Positions 16,485 to 23,466 of a stretch of DNA of 23,466 nt are shown one piece after another. The DNA is from Thermodesulfovibrionales bacterium (GTDB taxonomy: Bacteria > Nitrospirota > Thermodesulfovibrionia > Thermodesulfovibrionales > UBA6898). The stretch covers positions 1 through 23,466 of the forward strand of contig JBIOIY010000048.1 in NCBI GenBank assembly GCA_044450345.1. Direction: 5' to 3'. Position numbers and translations under genes: made by a program. Under the pieces are notes generated by a model that saw only the letters and a program-made list of their open reading frames with translations, ran no database searches and was not told the DNA's origin. Positions within the stretch are counted from its first letter, which is position 1. Each line of letters begins with the position of its first letter.

Positions 16485-18404
16485 TTACGCCGGGTCCACG
16501 TCGACCGCGATTTTTAAGCCCTTTACCCCTTCATACATATGCAGGACCGATCTCGCCGCATCGTTCAGGGCCTTTCTGCTGCCGGACTTGAGGAAGACAG
16601 AGAATTCATCTTTCCTTTTTTTATTTTTGGATGCAACCGGGCCGAGTATTTCAATACCTTTTCCGACGTCCCTGATCTTCGCGAAGAATGCGTCCCCGAG
16701 ACGGCTGTTTCCCGAGACCGTGATTTCCATGAGTTTCGAATAGGGAGGATATGCAAGCTCCTTTCTTGCAGCGAGTTCCTCTTTTACGAAGGCGTCATAA
16801 TCGCCCTTTTTTAAATGCCGGAAAAGGCTGTTTTGCGGGAGCCTTGTCTGTACCAGGACGTCACCGCCCGGTTCAGCCAGGTCGATCACGGTCGACAGCT
16901 CACGATACGCCTTTTCGGAGGCCCTAAAATCCGGGAAATTCAGATAGGCATCCGTATTCAGGACAGCGGCCAGAGAAAACTTTTCGGCCGCTCCGATCCG
17001 CTTCGTCATCATCTTCGTCCCGATGATTATATTCGAAGAATCCCGGGAAAGACTCCCGAGGAGTTTCCTGACCTCCGATTTTTTCTTCACTCCGTCACTG
17101 TCGAACCTGAGCGATTCCATGCCGAAGAGTTCTTCTATCTCTTCCTGCACCCGCTGCGTGCCGGAGCCCCGAAGCTCGATATGAAGCCCCCCGCATCTTC
17201 CGCACCTTTCCGGTACGGCGCGGGCCTTGCCGCAGTAGTGGCATTTCAGGGCTTTTTCATCCCTGTGCATTACAAGAGGTATGTCACAGTTGTCGCACCT
17301 TTCCTCATGGCCGCAGTCGGCGCAAAGAAGAAGGGTGGAATAGCCCCGTCTGTTGACCACGAACATTATTTTTTTCTTTGCCTTCAGCTTATTCCGTGCG
17401 GCATCGAAGACCTCCTTGGAGATGCCGGGCCTTACCTTCCTGGCGTATCTCATATCGATTATCGTTACCCGCGGCCGCCTGACCTGCACGGCCGGTTTAA
17501 GGGGAATATATTTTTGCGTCAGGGCGTTGAAGGAAGATTCGATAGACGGCGTGACCGAAGAAAGGAGCACTGTGCACTTTTCGAGGAAACCCCTCATCAC
17601 TGCCACATCCCGGATATTATATCTGAGCCCTTCTTCGAGTTTGTACGAGCCGCTGTCTTCATGGACGACTGCGATCAGGGACACGTTCTTTATCGGCGCG
17701 AAGAGGGCGGCCCTCGTCCCTATGACGATGTCATGCTTCCCTGAAATGATGCCCGCCAGAGACTCGGAACGTTTCCCCCGTGAGATCCCGCCATGGAGCA
17801 GACAGGCCCTGTCCTCCAAAAATCCCGAGGCCGCCGAATAGAAAGTTTCCGCCTGGGAGACCTCCGGAAAGATCACTATCACGTTACTCAAAGCGGCCTG
17901 CAGCAGGTTCGATATAAAAGAGTATTCATAGCTAGTGGAGGGTGCGTGGACGAGGAAGGTGCGGTATCGTTTCTCGGCGGCGGATTCTCGTATCAGGGCG
18001 ACTTCTTCCGGAGGGACATCGAGGAGGCTGAATCGGGGGCCTTCCCCCTTTTTTGCGGTCTTTCTTGCTTTCACCCTTACGAACAACTCCTTCGGGGCGA
18101 TCTGCTGGAGTACGCTTCCTTCAGAGGCAAGGTAGTAGTCCGACATCCAGCGAAGAAGCTTCAACATGCCTTTTCCCAGGACCGGGAAATCGCCGTCAAT
18201 TGATGAAAATTCCTTAATCGGTCCTGCGGGGGGAGACGCAGTTGCCTCCAGAATGATACCCTTCGCGGTCCTGTTTCTGAGGGGTGCGGATACGATCATC
18301 CCGGGCCTGGCCTGTCCCGAAAGATGTTCAGGACATTTGTAGGTCAGGGGCCGGAGGTTGACCGGGAATACAATATCGAAATAGTGCACAAGTAATTTTA
18401 TCAT
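16485..18404 (-). CDS. priA: Primosomal protein N' (PriA) with degenerate helicase motifs
   Basis: N-terminal 3'-binding domain (LTY..P...PG..V..PL), IVIGTRAALFAP, NRRGYS, four CxxC pairs, GTQRVQEE, PDFRASE, YPPY. Confidence 0.93.
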   Translation of the reverse strand: MIKLLVHYFDIVFPVNLRPLTYKCPEHLSGQARPGMIVSAPLRNRTAKGIILEATASPPAGPIKEFSSIDGDFPVLGKGMLKLLRWMSDYYLASEGSVLQQIAPKELFVRVKARKTAKKGEGPRFSLLDVPPEEVALIRESAAEKRYRTFLVHAPSTSYEYSFISNLLQAALSNVIVIFPEVSQAETFYSAASGFLEDRACLLHGGISRGKRSESLAGIISGKHDIVIGTRAALFAPIKNVSLIAVVHEDSGSYKLEEGLRYNIRDVAVMRGFLEKCTVLLSSVTPSIESSFNALTQKYIPLKPAVQVRRPRVTIIDMRYARKVRPGISKEVFDAARNKLKAKKKIMFVVNRRGYSTLLLCADCGHEERCDNCDIPLVMHRDEKALKCHYCGKARAVPERCGRCGGLHIELRGSGTQRVQEEIEELFGMESLRFDSDGVKKKSEVRKLLGSLSRDSSNIIIGTKMMTKRIGAAEKFSLAAVLNTDAYLNFPDFRASEKAYRELSTVIDLAEPGGDVLVQTRLPQNSLFRHLKKGDYDAFVKEELAARKELAYPPYSKLMEITVSGNSRLGDAFFAKIRDVGKGIEILGPVASKNKKRKDEFSVFLKSGSRKALNDAARSVLHMYEGVKGLKIAVDVDPA

Positions 18405-18434
18405 ACGTTAAACTTTGGCACACAGTCGGAGGTA

Positions 18435-20999
18435 TCAGAACAGTATCCTTCTTTTTTTATTAATGACCTTAAACCCTTCGAACCACAGTATGCTCACCGC
18501 TCCCGCGACCAGACAGACCAGCAGATCGAAGGCGTGAAGGGTGCTGAACCTGAAGAGGTCGCGGAGGAAGGGCACGTAGATCACGAAGGCCAGGAAAAAA
18601 AACGCGCCTCCCGCGACAGACCAAAAGGCCGCATTGGGTGTGCGGAGCGAATCGAACATGGAGCGGGTCCAGGACCTGTTGGTCATTATCAGGCCGATAT
18701 TTGCGATAATGAGAGTGGTGAAACTGAGTGCCCTGGCTTCGTATTCCCCCAGCCCCCTTTGCATGGCGACAAGAAAGACGGCAAGGACTATGCAGAGCAC
18801 GCCTACACCCTGAAGCAGGCTGAAGGCGAGCGTCCGCCTGTTGAACATGGGGTCTGTGAGATCGCGCGGCGGACGCATCATCACGGCTGCCTCTTCGGCC
18901 TCGGCCTCAAAGACTATGGAGCAGGCAGGGTCGATGATCAGTTCGAGAAAGACGATATGCACCGGAAGAAGGACAAGGGGCCAGTTGAAAACAACCGGGA
19001 TCAGGGACATTCCCGCTATGGGCACATGGACGGCCATGATATAGGCCATCGCCTTTTTGATGTTATCGAATATCCTTCTGCCCATCCTCACCGCCTGCAC
19101 GATCGACGAGAAGTCGTCGTCCAGCAGAACGATTGCTGAGGCCTCACGGGCGACATCGGTCCCCCTCCCCCCCATGGCGATGCCGATGTGGGCGGATTTG
19201 AGCGCCGCCGCGTCGTTGACCCCGTCGCCGGTCATCGCCACCACTTCACCGACTGCCTTGAGCGCATTGACCAGACGGAGTTTCTGTTCGGGGACGACCC
19301 TTGCAAAGATGTTCACCGTCCTGATCCGTTTCTGCAGTTCAGCTTCATCCATCTTTTCCAGTTCCTGCCCTGTGATGACATTTTCAGGCTGTTTCAACCC
19401 TATCTGTTTCCCTATATTCTGGGCGGTGACGGGATAATCTCCCGTGATCATCACCACGCGGATGCCTGCCTCGTAACATTCGCGTATCGCCTCTGCCACG
19501 CCCGGACGCACAGGGTCGGCAAGACCTATAAGACCCAGGAAATCGAATGTGAAGTCGTGCTGTTCGCCGGGGAGGGAGGGCTCACTGAATTGCGCCTTTG
19601 CGACCCCGATTACCCGAAGCCCGGCGGTAGCCATGGCATTTATGCACTTCGACAGGTCAGCGATCTCTTTTTCATCCAGGTGACATATATCGAAGATAGC
19701 CTCAGGAGCGCCTTTTGCCGCGACCACGTATTTTTTGCTGTCCGGCGACTTCCATACGCGCGACATCGCCAGGAGGTGCGTCGAAAGCGGATATTCCTGA
19801 ACTAAGGACCAGTCATTGTGGAGGTGCTCAGTGTTCCTGAGACCTCGTTCGCCGACTTCGCGCAGGGCCTTCTCCATCGGATCGAACGGGTCTTGCTGGC
19901 TGGCGAGGATACTGAATTCGAGTACTTCATGGCTGTCTTCATCGAGCGCACCCGACCCGGCTTCAGGATCGCAAAACTTTTCACGGATATACACCTGACG
20001 GACCGCCATCTGGTTCATTGTCAGGGTCCCTGTCTTATCTACGCACAGAACACTCGCAGATCCGAGCGTCTCCACAGCCGGCACCCTGCGGGTCAAAACG
20101 CGCTTTTTCGATATCCTCCATGCACCCAGGGCAAGAAAGATCGTCAGCACCACAGGGAATTCTTCCGGAAGCATGGCCATCGCAAGGGTGATGCCGGCCA
20201 GCAGCCCTTTCAGCCAGTCATGCCGCGTCAGTCCATAGACTACCACGACCACCGCGCAGAGCGACAGCCCTATCAGCGCGAGTTTTCTGACGAACTCTCC
20301 CGTCTCACGCTGAAGCAGCGTCTCTTCAGGTTCTATCGATTGCAATGCCTTCCCGATCTTGCCCAGTTCGGTATACGGGCCGGTCGCAGCGACCTTAGCT
20401 ATCCCCACGCCCTGAACCGCAAGCGTTCCCGAATAGAGACAGGGCAGGTCGTCACCTCCCGGCCGGCACATTTCTGCCGGTCCGGTCGTATGGGTCTTTC
20501 GGACCGGAACCGACTCGCCGGTGAGCAGTGATTCATCGACTGAAAGGTTTACCGAAGAGATCAATACCGCATCGGCAGGGACCCTGTCCCCTTCGGATAC
20601 GATAATGATATCGCCCCGCACGACCTCACGGCCGGAGATCCTCTTCTGAATACTGTCTCTGATAACCAATGCCCGGGGGCTTGACAGGTCCCTCAGTGCC
20701 TCCAGGGCCCTCTCCGTCTTTCGTTCCTGATAGAGTGTGATTCCCATGACCACAAAGACAAAGCCCAGCAGCATCGCGGCTTCCTGCACATCTCCAAGCA
20801 GCAAATATATCCCACCGCCCGCCAGAAGAAGAAGGAACATCGGCTCTTTGACCACTTCGTAGGCGATCGCAAAGAAGGTGCGCCTTTTTGTCGAAGGGAG
20901 TTCGTTGTATCCTTCTTTCCGAAGTCTTTCGGCGGCCTCCGATTCGGAAAGGCCCTGGATATTCCCGGCTTCAAGCCCTGTTTCTGTAAGCCTGCTCAT
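18435..20999 (-). CDS. Cation-transporting P-type ATPase (type II-like)
   Basis: DESLLTGES, PEEFP, DKTGTLT, KGAPE, MITGD, TGDGVND. Confidence 0.96.
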   Translation of the reverse strand: MSRLTETGLEAGNIQGLSESEAAERLRKEGYNELPSTKRRTFFAIAYEVVKEPMFLLLLAGGGIYLLLGDVQEAAMLLGFVFVVMGITLYQERKTERALEALRDLSSPRALVIRDSIQKRISGREVVRGDIIIVSEGDRVPADAVLISSVNLSVDESLLTGESVPVRKTHTTGPAEMCRPGGDDLPCLYSGTLAVQGVGIAKVAATGPYTELGKIGKALQSIEPEETLLQRETGEFVRKLALIGLSLCAVVVVVYGLTRHDWLKGLLAGITLAMAMLPEEFPVVLTIFLALGAWRISKKRVLTRRVPAVETLGSASVLCVDKTGTLTMNQMAVRQVYIREKFCDPEAGSGALDEDSHEVLEFSILASQQDPFDPMEKALREVGERGLRNTEHLHNDWSLVQEYPLSTHLLAMSRVWKSPDSKKYVVAAKGAPEAIFDICHLDEKEIADLSKCINAMATAGLRVIGVAKAQFSEPSLPGEQHDFTFDFLGLIGLADPVRPGVAEAIRECYEAGIRVVMITGDYPVTAQNIGKQIGLKQPENVITGQELEKMDEAELQKRIRTVNIFARVVPEQKLRLVNALKAVGEVVAMTGDGVNDAAALKSAHIGIAMGGRGTDVAREASAIVLLDDDFSSIVQAVRMGRRIFDNIKKAMAYIMAVHVPIAGMSLIPVVFNWPLVLLPVHIVFLELIIDPACSIVFEAEAEEAAVMMRPPRDLTDPMFNRRTLAFSLLQGVGVLCIVLAVFLVAMQRGLGEYEARALSFTTLIIANIGLIMTNRSWTRSMFDSLRTPNAAFWSVAGGAFFFLAFVIYVPFLRDLFRFSTLHAFDLLVCLVAGAVSILWFEGFKVINKKRRILF

Positions 21000-21205
21000 T
21001 TCTCAGCGGTTCTCCATGATGAAAGGTCATAAGAAAAGAATAGCGTATTATACTACACAAATCGCGGGTGCAAAAAGAGGGAAAGGGTGGCGGACGTTCT
21101 TCTGAAGACGGCAGGAAAAAGATGTCAGAGACTCTTAATGTAAGAGAGGCGGAAGAGATGAAAGATTAATGGCGGCGGGATAGCGTTTCCGGACTTTATC
21201 TACGG

Positions 21206-21286
21206 CTTCAACGCGATGCGTGACCGCAGGCATAGATTGAAAGTGCGCCGCGCTTAATTCCAGCCGGGTTGACGCGGGTGTTATAA
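21206..21286 (-). other. attC-like integron recombination site
   Basis: Minus strand: R'' TTATAAC, 5 nt, L'' CGTCAACC ... L' GGTCACG, 6 nt, R' GTTGAAG. It starts 9 nt after the antitoxin stop. Confidence 0.65.
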
Positions 21287-21295
21287 CCGGCCTGC

Positions 21296-21511
21296 TTATT
21301 TTTTCAGAATGTCTTCTGCTGTGAAAAAAGAGGCCTTCCCTTTTCTCTCCCTGGCCTCAAATTTCTTTATCTCATCCAAGTCCATGACATTTTCATAGAG
21401 GTCTAATAATGATTTTTTAACCAGCGCCGATTTATCCTCATGAAAATGTTCGGATAATTTCTTCAATATCTTTTCCTCATCTTTATTTAATCTGATGGAT
21501 ATCACTCCCAT
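21296..21511 (-). CDS. Ribbon-helix-helix antitoxin (DUF6290/RelB-like)
   Basis: MGVISIRLNKDEEKIL...KSALVKKSL...DLDEI...TAEDIL; GAGGAGG RBS; overlaps the relE remnant stop; AT-rich. Confidence 0.82.
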   Translation of the reverse strand: MGVISIRLNKDEEKILKKLSEHFHEDKSALVKKSLLDLYENVMDLDEIKKFEARERKGKASFFTAEDILKK

Positions 21512-21630
21512 TTATCGTATACCTCCTCTCTTTTTGCAATTGAGATAACAAAGAAATTACTTTCTTCGATATAAAAGATAGCTCTATATTTTCCCTTTCT
21601 GACGCGATAGTATGTTCTCTTTTCGTTATC
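21502..21630 (-). pseudogene. relE: RelE/ParE toxin C-terminal remnant
   Basis: Manual translation DNEKRTYYRVRKGKYRAIFYIEESNFFVISIAKREEVYDKWE* fits the RelE YR.R.G.YR..F...R..VY pattern. No start codon; an in-frame stop lies just upstream. Not in the ORF track. Confidence 0.78.
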
Positions 21631-21814
21631 GGCGTTTCATCTGCACCTGCAAACTTTGCAACATATTCTTTGCTTCCGTGTCATTCCCATTATAATAAAG
21701 TGCTTCTTTATAGTCTTCTACTGCTTTTTCCAGTTGTCCTATGTTCCATAAACATCCGGCCCGGCCGGGCGCTTCCTTCGGCTTCCGATGATAAATATAT
21801 TTCGGACGTCCCAC
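21626..21814 (-). pseudogene. TPR-repeat C-terminal fragment
   Basis: LWNIGQLEKAVEDYKEALYYNGNDTEAKNML resembles one TPR unit; the 5' part does not look like genuine coding sequence. Confidence 0.5.
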
Positions 21815-21922
21815 ATTGATGCAGTCACCATGAATAATCCATCTGCAACCGTTCCGGGGATAAAAAGCGGGGTAACTATCAAGGCATAGGTGTAGCCCAA
21901 GACATTATTATAGCGGTCTACG

Positions 21923-22492
21923 TCACTTGTGTGTCCGGCAGCTTACACTGCCACTCACTGCTGGACTATCCGCATCATGAAAACGTAACAGCGTATCTTT
22001 CCATTCTTTTGCGTACTCAATGCCGATACGTTTACTTCTTTTTATCCGCGGTCGTATTCGGGAACCGGAGAGGAGATACAACCTGTCGCCGCATAGATCC
22101 ATGCTATGGTAAGATCGGGTGATTTTGAGACCGCGCGTGAGTTTGCCCGGACCGGAAAGATCAGCTTGCCACTCATCGAGAGGTTCGGCCGCGCGGATGA
22201 GCACGGCCTGTGCTTTGCCAGTTTTACCCGCGACAATATTGAACATGTTGTACATCCCGTAGATGAGGTAGACGTACGCATGACCAGCAGGGCCGAACAT
22301 GACCTCGGTCCGTTTTGTTCTGCCTTTGGAGGAGTGGGAAGCAAGGTCATTGGGGCCGAGATATGCTTCGGTTTCTACGATGCGCGCCCGGTACTCCTTG
22401 CCTCGAACACGATGCACGAGAATTGTTCCGATCAAAGCGCGCGCAAGCGTGATCGCGTCTTGATGATAAAATGACCGGCCGAGCTTTTTCAT
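21923..22492 (-). CDS. mpg: DNA-3-methyladenine glycosylase (MPG/AAG family)
   Basis: RIVETEAYLG..DLASH, MFGPAGHAYVYLIYGMY, AVLIRAAEP, GPGKLT, RIGI. Confidence 0.95.
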   Translation of the reverse strand: MKKLGRSFYHQDAITLARALIGTILVHRVRGKEYRARIVETEAYLGPNDLASHSSKGRTKRTEVMFGPAGHAYVYLIYGMYNMFNIVAGKTGKAQAVLIRAAEPLDEWQADLSGPGKLTRGLKITRSYHSMDLCGDRLYLLSGSRIRPRIKRSKRIGIEYAKEWKDTLLRFHDADSPAVSGSVSCRTHK

Positions 22493-22532
22493 AGCACCGT
22501 AACCTTACCATCAAAAATCAGAATGTTGATTT

Positions 22533-22592
22533 CCCTAACGCGGCGCTGAGCAGCCCCCCGAAGGGGGAGTCTGTTCGAGTGCCTGGTTCTCC
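22533..22592 (-). other. attC-like integron recombination site (60 bp)
   Basis: Minus strand: R'' GGAGAAC, 5 nt, L'' ACTCGAAC, central CCCCC-TTCG-GGGGG hairpin, L' GCTCAGC, 5 nt, R' GTTAGGG. The plus (bottom) strand folds with one extrahelical G. Confidence 0.7.
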
Positions 22593-22608
22593 CGCAGCGT
22601 AGTGGTAA

Positions 22609-22771
22609 GGTCAGGCTTTTGTAATTTGGTATTGATCTGCCTGGCATCAAGGCTGACTTCCTGACCCTACTCCCTTGTCCCGATAATTTGATCTGCGCAT
22701 TATTTTATAAACTGCAAGCATCAACATTCTCAACATTTCGGTTCACAATATCAAGATAGCAAAGCCTGACC
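22609..22771. repeat. Imperfect 25-bp inverted repeat pair (REP/MITE-like)
   Basis: GGTCAGGCTTTTGTAATTTGGTATT (22609-22633) versus the reverse complement of 22747-22771, GGTCAGGCTTTGCTATCTTGATATT: 20/25 match by eye. An internal partial copy CCTGACCC lies near 22660. Confidence 0.6.
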
Positions 22772-22820
22772 CCACCATAATTCATCTGAAAAAGAAGTCG
22801 ATTCAGGCTGAGCTTTTTTA

Positions 22821-22867
22821 CTCACTTTTTCGTGAGGGGTCCGGTCAAGTGGAGGCGAGTGTTATGT
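22821..22867 (-). other. Truncated attC-like site (left half only)
   Basis: R'' ACATAAC contains the stop codon of the upstream ORF, then 5 nt, L'' CCTCCACT-TGAC and hairpin CTCAC-GAAAAA-GTGAG. No L'/R' follows. Confidence 0.55.
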
Positions 22868-23359
22868 GCACGTATCTGGTAATCCAATTACTTCACCAAA
22901 TTTCATCCGTTTACCGGTGTGCTTGACGATCAAGTGTGAGATATAGCATTGGCTTCTGTTCTTCTTTTCGAGAAAAATCATAGTTTTCCACATAGTGTGA
23001 AGCACCTTTGTGACGTCTGACGCATCGATCTTGATAGGACTAATATTTAACCCCAGCTTTTTTGTCTTGTTATTGCTACTGTCGACAGAGTTTCTGTACT
23101 TCTTGTCTCCGCTGCTTTGTCTGTTTATTGACTGCGGCATTATGCCTTTTTCATCATCCCACAGGAAATAGATTTCCCATAGATGATTATGAGCAATCAA
23201 GTCACGAAGTATAAATATTTCTCTTACTTCCTCCATTAATGGAAAATCCGGATAAAGCTTAGCCAAATACTCAGGAACTGATGTTTTATCTATCTGTGCC
23301 TGAGTTGCCTTGTTTATATATCTAACCATCAGCGTCCGACTGTTTTTTGCATAAAGCAA
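22862..23359 (-). CDS. AT-rich cassette-like hypothetical protein with RxxxxH (HEPN-like) motif, possibly 5'-truncated
   Basis: LRDLIAHNH motif in a helical context; stop codon within an attC R''-like box; TTG start with no evident RBS. Confidence 0.6.
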   Translation of the reverse strand: MLYAKNSRTLMVRYINKATQAQIDKTSVPEYLAKLYPDFPLMEEVREIFILRDLIAHNHLWEIYFLWDDEKGIMPQSINRQSSGDKKYRNSVDSSNNKTKKLGLNISPIKIDASDVTKVLHTMWKTMIFLEKKNRSQCYISHLIVKHTGKRMKFGEVIGLPDTCT

Positions 23360-23466
23360 TATAACTCATTGAAAGAATAATATAATAATGACATTTCGAC
23401 CTGTTACCGACTTGAAATATTTTCAGCCAGTCGGTCATCGTTCCGGGGACACCCGGAAGGAGACGA

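Noticed and set aside
16815..20531. Long plus-strand ORFs opposite priA and the P-type ATPase (also those opposite uvrA)
   Set aside because: These are antisense shadows typical of GC-rich coding DNA.
21850..23449. 11-bp direct repeat CGTTCCGGGGA at 21850 and 23439
   Set aside because: It could mark a repeat family or insertion boundary, but two 11-mers are insufficient evidence without sequence beyond the window.

Overview
A GC-rich bacterial chromosomal window; the gene content suggests an anaerobe such as a Nitrospirota or deltaproteobacterial lineage, but that is inference only. It starts with the 3' part of a group II intron whose RT ORF has been deleted. A minus-strand overlapping operon follows: uvrA, apbE, NusG-domain-II gene, Gx-family gene and yacG (yacG is missing from the ORF track). 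Divergent from it, two short ORFs join through an in-frame TGA with a SECIS-like hairpin into a probable secreted DUF1573-like selenoprotein fused to a diheme cytochrome c, followed by ubiA/mqnP and ubiX. The middle is accessory: a beta-helix/choice-of-anchor-Q surface protein, a small secreted protein, a SAM methyltransferase, a PilZ protein, a mazF remnant, a Cys-rich protein, csp and coaE. A DUF2844-DUF3443 pair follows; the DUF3443 protein shares an unrecognised ~150-aa domain with the beta-helix protein. Then come a priA with degenerate helicase motifs and a P-type ATPase. The right end is a decayed integron-cassette-like array with three co-oriented attC-like sites, a relE remnant plus antitoxin, a TPR fragment, mpg and an RxxxxH (HEPN-like) ORF.
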